A stretch of 64,000 bases of DNA, taken from NCBI GenBank assembly GCA_035491895.1, contig DATJJY010000084.1, positions 7,192-71,191 of the forward strand, given 5' to 3'. Each line of letters begins with the position of its first letter. The first letter of the stretch is position 1. The notes under the pieces were generated by a model. The model ran no database searches and was not told where the DNA came from. It saw only the letters and a list, made by a program, of their open reading frames with translations. Shown one piece after another: positions 52,655 to 60,355 of this stretch. The stretch comes from Gemmatimonadales bacterium (GTDB lineage Bacteria; Gemmatimonadota; Gemmatimonadetes; Gemmatimonadales; GWC2-71-9). The position numbers were made by a program, and so were the translations under genes.

Positions 52655-54123
52655 CCGCTCGCGACTGGGCCATCGCTCTCGTAGTGGGGCTCAGCGTGGC
52701 GAGCGGCGTCGCCTACCTGGCGCGGAACCGGTTGCGTCGCGCGGGCCGGGCATCCGTGCTGCGGTTCCGCACCCGTCTCGCCCGGTATCATCTGCAGCAG
52801 CGGCGCCGCGTGAGAGAGACGCTGCTCGAAGATCCCGTCGTCGGGGCAGCGGTGCTCGAGCACGCCCGCGAGCACGGAGTCCCCGAGACGCGGGTGTGGC
52901 GCCTCGTCACGCGCTACGTCGACGAGATCGTACCCTACTTGAACGTCCTCTCCTACTACAAGATCGGCTACAACGCGGCGAAGGTGCTGATCCACCTGCT
53001 GTACAAGGTCAGCGTCGACCATCAGGACGAGCGCGCTCTGGCCCGCATTCCGAAGCAGGACGTCGTCGTCTACTTGATGAATCACCGCTCCAACGCCGAC
53101 TACGTCTTGGTCGCTTACGTTCTGGCCCGCGGCACGCACGTGAGCTACGCCGTGGGGGAGTGGGCCCGGGCCTGGCCACTCGAGTACGTGTTCAAGTCGT
53201 TCGGTGCCTACTTCATCCGGCGCCGATTCCGCGAGCCGCTGTATCACGCGGTGCTCGAACGCTACGTCCAGCTCATCACGGCGAACGGCGTCACGCAGGG
53301 GATCTTCCCGGAAGGGGGCCTCAGCAGGGACGGCAAGCTGCGGCCCCCGAAGCTCGGCCTGCTCGATTACCTCTGCCGTACCCTGATCGATCCGGCGTTC
53401 CAGCGGGACATCTGGTTCGTCCCCGTGGCCCTCAACTACGACCGGGTGCTGGAGGACCGGTCGTTGATCCGCGAGCTGATCGACCCGCGAGACCGCCCCG
53501 GTCTGATCGCGCAGCTCACGACCGTCGTCTCCTACGTGGCGGGAAATACGTTCCGCCTCGTCACCGGGCGGCTGCGACGCTACGGCCGCGTCGCCGTGAA
53601 TTTCGGCACGCCGCTGTCGTTGCGCGCCTGGCTGGCGACCGCGCCGCCCGGTGTCCTGACCTGGCCGAAGGAGCGCCGCCTTCCCGAGCTCGACCGGCTG
53701 GCGCAGGAAATGATGCGGCGCATCGGCGTGATCATCCCCGTCACGCCAGTCCCATTGGCAGCAGCGGCCCTGCTTTCGTTTCAGCAGACGGTAGTGGCGC
53801 GAGACGCCGTACTCGAGCGGATGGATGTGCTGCGGGACCGGCTGCTCGAGGTCAACGGCAAGGTGGTGCGCGGCGGTGCGCGCATCAGCGAGATCTGGGA
53901 TCGCGCCTGGCGCATGTTGCGGCTGCGCCGGCTCGTCGTCGAGGACGGAACGAGCCTCGTGATCCTGCCGCGCGGACGCCCGCTGCTCGAGTACTACGCC
54001 AACTCGATCGCTCACCTCCTGCCGATCCGCGCGCCGCGGCTGCCGATGCACAAGGAGCACGATCGCGAGACGGACCTGCCAAAACTGCGAACCGGGGAGT
54101 GGGATGTGGGGAGTGGTACCTGA
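52651..54123 (+). CDS. PlsB/GPAT-like glycerolipid acyltransferase
   Basis: GTG 52651 overlaps the M48 stop (GTGA). MNHRSNADYVL (HxxxxD), GAYFIRR, IFPEGGLSRDGKL, VPVALNYDRV are acyltransferase blocks I-IV. Confidence 0.8.
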   Translation: MTARDWAIALVVGLSVASGVAYLARNRLRRAGRASVLRFRTRLARYHLQQRRRVRETLLEDPVVGAAVLEHAREHGVPETRVWRLVTRYVDEIVPYLNVLSYYKIGYNAAKVLIHLLYKVSVDHQDERALARIPKQDVVVYLMNHRSNADYVLVAYVLARGTHVSYAVGEWARAWPLEYVFKSFGAYFIRRRFREPLYHAVLERYVQLITANGVTQGIFPEGGLSRDGKLRPPKLGLLDYLCRTLIDPAFQRDIWFVPVALNYDRVLEDRSLIRELIDPRDRPGLIAQLTTVVSYVAGNTFRLVTGRLRRYGRVAVNFGTPLSLRAWLATAPPGVLTWPKERRLPELDRLAQEMMRRIGVIIPVTPVPLAAAALLSFQQTVVARDAVLERMDVLRDRLLEVNGKVVRGGARISEIWDRAWRMLRLRRLVVEDGTSLVILPRGRPLLEYYANSIAHLLPIRAPRLPMHKEHDRETDLPKLRTGEWDVGSGT

Positions 54124-54183
54124 CGGCGCAGCAAGGGGGTACGCATCGCAACGTTTGGTGCCACTCCCCACTCCCCACTCCCC
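54094..54183. repeat. Long hairpin built from GGGGAGTGG-type tandem repeats (27-nt arms)
   Basis: GGGGAGTGGGATGTGGGGAGTGGTACC (54094-54120, inside the last codons of the acyltransferase gene) and GGTGCCACTCCCCACTCCCCACTCCCC (54157-54183). Complementary with 3 mismatches, 36-nt loop. Confidence 0.8.
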
Positions 54184-54203
54184 CCTATATTTCCCCCGCT
54201 CCC

Positions 54204-55208
54204 ATGTCGGCCCCCCGCGTCCTAGACCTCCCTTCCCTCCAACCAGGCGAGCGGGTGCAGGATACCCTGCTGGTGCTCGACGCCGAGCAGCGCAGCTTCG
54301 AGGGCGGGTGGTGCACCGTGCTGACGTTCGGAAACGCCACCGGTCGCCTCACCAGCGCACCGTTCTGGGACCGTGAGCAGGCGATCGTCGAGGGGGTGCG
54401 GCCGGGTCACGTGGTCCAGGTGCTCGGCGAAGTGGCCGACTACCGTGGCCGCCGCCAGCTCCGGGTCACCTCACTCCGTGTCCTCCCACCGAGCACGGCG
54501 GAGCTCGGCCGGCTGCTCCCCAGCGTCGGGGACGTCACGCGCTACTGGGAGACGATCGACGGCTGGCGCGCCGAGCTGACGAAGCCGCGGCTGGCGGCGG
54601 TGCTCGCGTTGTTCTTCGAGGACGCCGACTTTCGCCGCCGCTTCGGAGCTTGTCCCGCCAGCGTCTCGGGTCACCACGCCATACTCGGCGGGTTATTGAC
54701 CCATACCGTCGAAGTCGGCGCCATCGCCCGCACGATCGCGCGCGCCGCGGGCGCCGATCAGGAGCTGGTGCTCGCGGGCGCCCTGCTCCACGACATCGGT
54801 AAGCTCGACGCCTACCGCTGGGACGGCGTCTTCGGGTATACCGACCTCCATTATCTCCTGGGACACGTCGTGCTGGGCGCATTGGCGCTGGAACGACGCC
54901 TCAATGAGGAGCCGGTGGCGACGTGCACCTCCGATGAGCGCCAGCTGCTGCTGCACCTCATTCTGTCGCACCACGGCCGCTTCGAGCACGGCAGCCCCGT
55001 GTTGCCGCTGACGCTCGAAGCCGAGGTGCTGCACTGGGCGGACAACGCGAGCGCCAAGACCGCCAGCATGGCGGAGGCGTTGCGCGACGCGGATGCGTTC
55101 ACCGAAGGACTCATCTCACAAAAGCGGGTCTGGCAGCTGGACCATCGCCGGCCGTACCGGGGATCGAGCGATTGGGGCGGGACACCAACGGTCGAGCCGG
55201 ATCGCTGA
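54204..55208 (+). CDS. YhaM-like OB-fold + HD-domain 3'-5' exoribonuclease/phosphohydrolase
   Basis: Start MSAPRVLDL (ATG 54204), inside an artefactual 916-aa track ORF. OB-fold N-terminus (..VLDAEQRSF..GRLTSAPFWD..VVQVLGEVADYRGRRQLRV). HD domain (SGHHAILGGLLTHTVEV..LLHDIGKLD..LSHHGRFEHGSP). Confidence 0.75.
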   Translation: MSAPRVLDLPSLQPGERVQDTLLVLDAEQRSFEGGWCTVLTFGNATGRLTSAPFWDREQAIVEGVRPGHVVQVLGEVADYRGRRQLRVTSLRVLPPSTAELGRLLPSVGDVTRYWETIDGWRAELTKPRLAAVLALFFEDADFRRRFGACPASVSGHHAILGGLLTHTVEVGAIARTIARAAGADQELVLAGALLHDIGKLDAYRWDGVFGYTDLHYLLGHVVLGALALERRLNEEPVATCTSDERQLLLHLILSHHGRFEHGSPVLPLTLEAEVLHWADNASAKTASMAEALRDADAFTEGLISQKRVWQLDHRRPYRGSSDWGGTPTVEPDR

Positions 55209-55224
55209 CCCGGGACTCCCTGCG

Positions 55225-57111
55225 ATGACCCTCGATCAGACCCCCCGCGGCCGCTACCTGGCCACGCTCAGCGTGGCGGCGCTCGGCGTCGTGTACGGCG
55301 ACATCGGCACGAGCCCGCTGTACGCGTTTCACGAAGCCTTCTACGGGCCCGTGGGAATCCCTCCCACTCCTGAGAATGTGCTCGGAGTGCTGTCGCTGGT
55401 TTTCTGGTCGCTGATTCTCGTCGTCACGATCAAGTACCATGTCGTCATCATCCGGGCCGACAACAAGGGCGAGGGAGGCGTGCTCGCCCTGATGGCGCTG
55501 GTGCAGGGCAGCCGCCTGGCCCGGGGACTGCCGCCGCGCCACGTGATGATCATCCTGGGGATCTTCGGGACCGCGCTGATCTATGCCGATGGCGCCCTCA
55601 CGCCGGCGATTTCCGTCCTCGGCGCTACCGAGGGGCTGGAGGTCGCGACACCGGGCTTGGGGCGTATCGTCGTCCCCCTCACGCTCGTCATCTTGATCGG
55701 GCTGTTCTGGTTTCAGAGCCGCGGCACGGCGCGCATCGGGGCGGTGTTCGGTCCCATCATGCTCGTCTGGTTCTGGACGATCGCCGTGCTCGGAGTGGTG
55801 GCGATACTCCGGCAGCCCAGTGTGCTGGCGGCGGTGTCGCCGGTCCACGGCGTGGGGTTCTTCGCAGAGAACCCCCGACGGGGGCTCGTCGTCCTGGGGG
55901 CGGTGTTCCTGGTGGTGACCGGCGGCGAGGCGCTGTACGCCGACCTCGGCCACTTCGGACACCGTGCGATCCAGATCGCCTGGTTCTCGACGGCCGGGCC
56001 GGCCCTGGTACTCAATTACTTCGGGCAGGGAGCCCTGCTACTGCACGATCCCAGTGCGGCGGTCAATCCGTTCTATCATCTCGCGCCGCCGTGGTTCTTG
56101 TATCCGCTGATCGCATTGGCGACGGCTGCGGCCATCATCGCCTCGCAGGCGATCATCTCGGGCGCCTTTTCCCTGACGCGCCAGGCCGTGCAGCTGGGGT
56201 ATAGCCCGCGGTTGCAGATCGACCACACCTCGTCACGGGAGATCGGGCAGATCTACGTACCGGCAGTGAACTGGGGGCTGATGCTCCTGACCTGCGCCTT
56301 CGTGATTTACTTCGGGTCGTCCACCAACATCGCTGGGGCCTACGGGGTCGCGCTGTCGACGCTGATGCTTATGACGACGCTGATGTTCTACGTCATGTCC
56401 CGCGAAGTCTGGCGCTGGAGCTTTCTGCGTGCGGTCGTGGTCGTGGGGTTGTTCCTGGCGATGGATATCCCGTTCTTCATCGCCAACGCTCTGAAGATCA
56501 AGAACGGCGGATGGGTCCCGCTGGCGACCGCCGCAGGGCTATTCCTGCTCATGTCCACCTGGAAGCGCGGTCGCGAGATTCTCTCGAAGCGCCTCCAGGA
56601 GAAGTCCGTTCCGCTCAACATCCTCATGGCCGACCTCGCCGCCGATCCTCCCCTGCGTGTGCCGGGCGTGGCGGTCTTCATGTCTGGGACACGGGACGGT
56701 GCGCCGCCGGCCCTGGTTCACAATCTCGCCCACAACAAGGTGTTGCACGAGCGCGTGGTGTTCCTCACGGTGTTAACGGAGGAAATACCCCACGTCCCCT
56801 CTGCCGAGCGCGTGATCGTGAAGCATCTCGGCAAGGGATTCCACAACGTGACGGCACGCTATGGCTTCATGGACGACCCGGATATCGTCGACATGATCGA
56901 CCGCTGCCGCGAAAAGAAACTCATCATCCCACTCGAGGGGACGACGTTTTTCCTGGGTCGCGAAGAGCTGGTGTCGACGGATCGTCCGGGGATGGCGCGC
57001 TGGCGCGAGCGGCTGTTCGCGTTCATGTCGCGCAACGCGCTGCGCGCGACGGCGTTCTTCCAGATTCCCTCGACGCAGGTGTTCGAGGTGGGGGCGCAGG
57101 TGGAGCTATGA
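55225..57111 (+). CDS. kup: KUP/HAK/KT potassium uptake transporter
   Basis: LGVVYGDIGTSPLYAF, ..GEGGVLALMAL.., GGEALYADLGHFG, and a C-terminal cytoplasmic domain ..VFLTVLTEEIPHV...RYGFMDDPDI. Confidence 0.9.
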   Translation: MTLDQTPRGRYLATLSVAALGVVYGDIGTSPLYAFHEAFYGPVGIPPTPENVLGVLSLVFWSLILVVTIKYHVVIIRADNKGEGGVLALMALVQGSRLARGLPPRHVMIILGIFGTALIYADGALTPAISVLGATEGLEVATPGLGRIVVPLTLVILIGLFWFQSRGTARIGAVFGPIMLVWFWTIAVLGVVAILRQPSVLAAVSPVHGVGFFAENPRRGLVVLGAVFLVVTGGEALYADLGHFGHRAIQIAWFSTAGPALVLNYFGQGALLLHDPSAAVNPFYHLAPPWFLYPLIALATAAAIIASQAIISGAFSLTRQAVQLGYSPRLQIDHTSSREIGQIYVPAVNWGLMLLTCAFVIYFGSSTNIAGAYGVALSTLMLMTTLMFYVMSREVWRWSFLRAVVVVGLFLAMDIPFFIANALKIKNGGWVPLATAAGLFLLMSTWKRGREILSKRLQEKSVPLNILMADLAADPPLRVPGVAVFMSGTRDGAPPALVHNLAHNKVLHERVVFLTVLTEEIPHVPSAERVIVKHLGKGFHNVTARYGFMDDPDIVDMIDRCREKKLIIPLEGTTFFLGREELVSTDRPGMARWRERLFAFMSRNALRATAFFQIPSTQVFEVGAQVEL

Positions 57112-57147
57112 GCTCGAGGTGATGGAAGTTGGTGGAGGTCGCGAAGA

Positions 57148-57861
57148 TCAGCGCAGCAGCTCCCCGAGAGAGCGGAATTCGTAACCGGCGGCGCGGGCAT
57201 CAGCGATGATTCCCGGCAGTGCCGCCGCCGTATTCGAGCGATCGCCACGATCGGTCGTTCCGGCGGGGTCGTAGCCGTCGCCGTCGTGCAGGAGGATGAT
57301 CGCCCCGGGCTTGAGCTTGACCCGAACGCGGCGCCGAATCTCCTCGGCCGGCGGTCGGTCGGAGTCCCACACCCCGTAGGTCCACCCGATAGTGCGATAA
57401 CGCAGCTTGTTGGCGACGCGCGTAACGAACGGGTTGCGGTACCCGTGCGGGGCCCGGAAGGCGCGCGGGATTTCCCCGGTGATCTCCACGATGTCCCTGT
57501 GGCCCCCCGTCAGCTCGGCGCGGACCGCGCTCGGCCCGAGGCGATGCAACTTGCGATGGGTGCGCGTGTGGTTGCCGATCTCGTGCCCCGCCCCGGCGAC
57601 CTGTCGCGCCATCTCGGGATGCAGGCGAACCGCCGCGCCGACCAGGAAGAACGCGGCCGGCACGCGCTCCCGGGCCAGGGTATCGAGAACATTGCCGGTC
57701 ACGGAGGGTCGCGGCCCGTCGTCGAATGTGAGGTAAAGCACGCGCTCGCGTTTCGATCCGCGACCCACGACCCGCCCGAAGAGTGGGCTCGTCGGGTCGT
57801 AGGCCCCCCACGCGAGCGTACCGGCAGCGGCGGCTCCCGCCGCGACAATGGGGACGATCAT
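57148..57861 (-). CDS. Polysaccharide deacetylase (NodB homology, CE4) family protein
   Basis: LYLTFDDGP, ..PAAFFLVG.., HEIGNHTRTH, ..FRAPHG.., ..IILLHDG.. are CE4 motifs 1-5. N-terminal hydrophobic segment. Confidence 0.85.
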   Translation of the reverse strand: MIVPIVAAGAAAAGTLAWGAYDPTSPLFGRVVGRGSKRERVLYLTFDDGPRPSVTGNVLDTLARERVPAAFFLVGAAVRLHPEMARQVAGAGHEIGNHTRTHRKLHRLGPSAVRAELTGGHRDIVEITGEIPRAFRAPHGYRNPFVTRVANKLRYRTIGWTYGVWDSDRPPAEEIRRRVRVKLKPGAIILLHDGDGYDPAGTTDRGDRSNTAAALPGIIADARAAGYEFRSLGELLR

Positions 57862-57905
57862 GGACTGTTGACCCGGTGAGCACTCCGGGCGTCAAAAACC
57901 CGCCT

Positions 57906-57951
57906 GGAAATACGAAGCCCCTGGAACGACCCGAAGGGCCGCCCAGGGGCT
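57906..57951 (-). terminator. Intrinsic-terminator-like hairpin in the deacetylase leader
   Basis: Minus-strand RNA reads AGCCCCUGG-G-CGGCCC-UUC-GGGUCG-UU-CCAGGGGCU, then UCGUAUUUCC. The G.U pair forms only in the minus-strand reading; the plus-strand reading would give A.C. Confidence 0.5.
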
Positions 57952-58225
57952 CCGCACATCGGTTACCCGGAGCCGGGGGATTGCTCCCGCCGTTCTTCGT
58001 CCTGCCGCCGCCGGTGGACTGTTGCGTCCGCGGTAGGGCGTACAGGAGCTCCGGCTTCCATCCCCAAGCAACCTGGCCGGGTCGCAAGGTTCACCGCTGC
58101 GAGTGCTGCGGGTCAGATCGGGTCGCGGACCGACCTTCCGCACTGCACGTCGAGGCACCGCGTCGACGTGGCTGAGGCACGCGACTGGCCTCAGCGATCC
58201 GAGTCGGTGAGATCCTCCCGGATCG
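57952..58225 (-). ncRNA. Riboswitch-like structured leader (partial resemblance to cobalamin-class aptamers; unverified)
   Basis: Minus-strand RNA has three consecutive perfect hairpins (CGAUCCG/CGGAUCG; GCUGAGGC/GCCUCAGC; CACGUCGA/UCGACGUG with GGUGCC in the loop). These are followed by GGAAGG-UCGG-N7-CCGA-U-CUGACCCGCAGC, and later by GGAUGGAAGCCGGAGCUCCUG (B12-box-like). Mutually exclusive pairings link it to the terminator. Confidence 0.35.
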
Positions 58226-58341
58226 ACAGGCGCCTGAGCCCTTGTTGCATCGGCACCTTCCCCGGAATTCCCGCTCGGACAGGTCGTGTGGGCGTGGAAG
58301 GGACTTGAGGCCCCAACCCTTCCCCACTCGACACGCAGGAC

Positions 58342-58369
58342 AATTTAAGGATCGCGAGAAACCGCGCAA
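58342..58369 (-). promoter_or_regulatory. Putative promoter for the structured leader
   Basis: Minus strand TTGCGC-N16-TAAATT, in the only AT-rich patch of this intergenic region. Confidence 0.3.
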
Positions 58370-58413
58370 GTGCCGATGTTTCTTCGGGTTAGCTCACTGC
58401 GATGTGCATCGAA

Positions 58414-58482
58414 TGTGGATCATAACCAGCGCGCTGCAGAGGCGTTGCGGCATCCATCCACATCGTGTGGAGTTGTGGATCA
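58414..58482. repeat. Cluster of DnaA-box-like 9-mers
   Basis: TGTGGATCA (58414-58422), CCATCCACA (58454-58462, inverted), TGTGGAGTT (58466-58474) and TGTGGATCA (58474-58482). Consensus is TGTGGATAA / TTATCCACA. Confidence 0.4.
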
Positions 58483-58502
58483 ACAGCGTTCACGTTCCCA
58501 CA

Positions 58503-59003
58503 TCAGCTCGCTGCCGGCTTTTTCAACGCCGCCTGCTTCATGAACGCGCGCAACAGGCCGATATAGTGGCGGAGCGCCTGGTCGAGACGCGCGCCGCGAT
58601 AGGGACCCCAGGCTCGCAGGCTGTCGGCGCTGGCGCGCGTCGGCGGCTCGGGTGCTGCCCACTCACGCTCGCAACGCGCCAGTGTTCGACGCAGATCGGC
58701 GTTCCCGCTCTGCAGCTTCACCTGCTCGACTTTGGCGTGCGGGACGTAAACGCCTCCCGCGAGCACCGTCGACACCTGATCCAGCGCGGCCGCGGCGCTG
58801 TGGCAGGACTGGCGCACCCGCCGCGCGCGCGCGAGGACGAGATCGGGGGACGCGCTGGCAAGGTCGATTGGAAAGGCCGCGATCGCACCGCGCACCACGT
58901 CCAACGAATCGGAGACACCGCTCAGCGCACGCTCGTAGCGGGCCTGGCGCACGGTGTCCGGCGCTTGCGCCACGAGGGCGAGCGCCAAGAGAGCAGTCAT
59001 CAT
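58503..59003 (-). CDS. Secreted two-Cys helical protein (hypothetical), paralogue A
   Basis: Signal-like MMTALLALALVAQA, helical composition, two Cys (..RVRQSCHSAAAAL.., ..RRTLARCEREW..). Lies 1 nt downstream of the preceding gene. Confidence 0.55.
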   Translation of the reverse strand: MMTALLALALVAQAPDTVRQARYERALSGVSDSLDVVRGAIAAFPIDLASASPDLVLARARRVRQSCHSAAAALDQVSTVLAGGVYVPHAKVEQVKLQSGNADLRRTLARCEREWAAPEPPTRASADSLRAWGPYRGARLDQALRHYIGLLRAFMKQAALKKPAAS

Positions 59004-59004
59004 G

Positions 59005-59607
59005 TCAGGAGTCGATGTTGACTTCGCTGTAACAGTAAGGATCCCCAGCTTGCGCGGGGAGGAAGAGACAACCGGCGCCGGAAGTGGCGAACCAGCCCGC
59101 CATCAGGAGCGTCGAGCGTGCTTCGCCGGTTGGCGGAGCATTGAACAGATCTGACAGCCAACGGCGCACATGCCGCAGCTCCGGCGCGCGCCGGCCCAGG
59201 AGCGCCAGCATCGCTCCAGTCCCCTGCGTGGCCCGCAGGAAGTGCGCGACGGCATGACCGCGCTCGGCGAAGGCGTAGGCGCGCACACCCGGGCCGTCGT
59301 ACAGCAGCTCGCACTCGCCGGGATCGGCGTAGGGTTGATCCATGCGGGGGCCGAAGTACGCGAAGACGCGCCGCTCGGCGTCGCGCCGCTCCACGACCGC
59401 CGCGGCGGCGTCGGGGCGGATCCAGGCGGCGTGCATGAGATCGTCGTCGTGCAGGATGCCCGCCGCCTGGGTCCACTCGATGACGGCGAGGGCCTGGTCG
59501 AGAGGACATCCGACGGCATCGTCGAACGCGAGAAAGCGCGGGGCTTCGGCCGCCCGGGCGAAGAAATGACTCAGCGCCTCGGCGCGATCTTCGAACGTAC
59601 GAGACAT
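59005..59607 (-). CDS. Hypothetical cytoplasmic protein (about 200 aa)
   Basis: Start MSRTFEDRAEALSHFF (ATG 59607). No signal peptide and no recognised motif. Confidence 0.55.
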   Translation of the reverse strand: MSRTFEDRAEALSHFFARAAEAPRFLAFDDAVGCPLDQALAVIEWTQAAGILHDDDLMHAAWIRPDAAAAVVERRDAERRVFAYFGPRMDQPYADPGECELLYDGPGVRAYAFAERGHAVAHFLRATQGTGAMLALLGRRAPELRHVRRWLSDLFNAPPTGEARSTLLMAGWFATSGAGCLFLPAQAGDPYCYSEVNIDS

Positions 59608-59684
59608 GCGGGAGGTTGCGGGAACCGGCATATCGAGATTATAACCCAAGGCTCCCACGAATGCTCCGGAGAGACAGTTTGCCT

Positions 59685-60206
59685 ATGCGGTCCATCGTCA
59701 TGCCGTTCTTGGTGTTAGGCGCCAGCATCGCCGCCCCCCCCGGCGCGTCGGGCCAACTCCCCGGCGGCGGGGATTCTGCCGCTGTTGTCGCGCCACCGGC
59801 TCCCAATCCCGCGCAGCAGCGGTACTTGCAAGGCTTGCGAACGGCCGGGCGTGGCGTGGCGCAGATCAAGACCGGCATCGACCGGCTGAATCGCGCTCGC
59901 GGCGGGCGCGATTCAACCCAAGTGAAGGTCGCCGCCAAGCGACTCACCGGGTATTGCTCCGCGGCCCGCGGCTTCATCGCGAGTGGCCGTGGCCAGATGG
60001 ACCCGGTGGCCTACGAGCCTCCGACCCGCAAACCGGCCCGCGTCCTGATGGTCCAGCTCGATTCGCTGTCATTGTCGGCGAAGGACTGCCAGAGTGCAAA
60101 GGGAATGGCGGCACAACTGTTGAGCGCCGGTCTGGTGACGCGCCTGCGGGCGTACGACTCGGCGCTCGCGGATTTCCGGACCGCCATCGGATTGCCCAAC
60201 AAGTAA
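59685..60206 (+). CDS. Secreted two-Cys helical protein (hypothetical), paralogue B
   Basis: Start MRSIVMPFLVLGASIAAPPGASG (ATG 59685). ..QQRYLQGLRTAGRGVAQIKTGIDRL..AAKRLTGYCSAARGF..SLSAKDCQSAKGM..RLRAYDSALADFRTAI aligns by eye with 58503..59003. Confidence 0.55.
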   Translation: MRSIVMPFLVLGASIAAPPGASGQLPGGGDSAAVVAPPAPNPAQQRYLQGLRTAGRGVAQIKTGIDRLNRARGGRDSTQVKVAAKRLTGYCSAARGFIASGRGQMDPVAYEPPTRKPARVLMVQLDSLSLSAKDCQSAKGMAAQLLSAGLVTRLRAYDSALADFRTAIGLPNK

Positions 60207-60290
60207 CGACGTACGGAAAAGTCGTATGGGATGAGACGTATCGTGGAGGGATGTTTCTAGTGTATAGATGCTGTCGCTACGATGACTGAT

Positions 60291-60325
60291 GGGGATTTCT
60301 TGGTGCTGGTGGGGATTTCTTCGTG
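60291..60325 (+). repeat. Two direct 15-bp repeats abutting the csp promoter
   Basis: GGGGATTTCTTGGTG (60291-60305) and GGGGATTTCTTCGTG (60311-60325), with a 20-bp period, ending 1 nt before the -35 element. Confidence 0.6.
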
Positions 60326-60326
60326 A

Positions 60327-60355
60327 TTGACAGCCTCAGATCAGGCTCCTACCTT
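60327..60355 (+). promoter_or_regulatory. Putative sigma-70-type promoter of csp
   Basis: TTGACA-N17-TACCTT. This would give a 5' UTR of about 155 nt, as is typical for cold-shock genes. Confidence 0.45.

Noticed and set aside
52458-55208. 916-aa ORF spanning three genes.
   Set aside because: Its first roughly 580 residues are low-complexity Arg/Ala/Pro sequence overlapping the real M48 and acyltransferase genes in other frames. Only the last 334 codons (from ATG 54204, YhaM-like) look genuine. The same reasoning applies to 41504..44071, 749..1183, 24530..24760, 46977..47687 and the many antisense ORFs.
57960-58040. c-di-GMP-I (GEMM-I) riboswitch, suggested by GGACGCAACAGUCCACCGG and GGGUAACCGAUG resembling the Vc2 segments GGACGCAAAGCCUCCGG and GGGGUUACCGAUGG.
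   Set aside because: The first GEMM hairpin (GGCAAACC...GNRA...) and the tetraloop-receptor arrangement cannot be drawn, and the similar strings do not fall into the required P1/P2 helices. The cobalamin-like reading of the region upstream is somewhat better, though still unproven.
58040-58080. Possible RNase P RNA. Minus-strand GGGGAUGGAAGCCGGAGCUCCUGUA resembles the P4/J3-4 region GGGGAGGAAAGUCCGGGCUCCAUAG, and CCCGGCU occurs 80 nt downstream.
   Set aside because: The universally conserved GGAAAGUCC is altered. The other conserved regions (GGUAAGAGCGCACC, AGAUGAAUG, ACAGAACCCGGCUUA) are absent. The two putative P4 strands are only about 80 nt apart instead of about 290 nt.
58400-58502. Chromosomal replication origin (oriC), suggested by the DnaA-box-like 9-mers.
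   Set aside because: There are only four decent boxes, no extended AT-rich unwinding element, and no dnaA, dnaN, parAB or gid genes nearby. It is kept only as a possible DnaA-related or other regulatory site.
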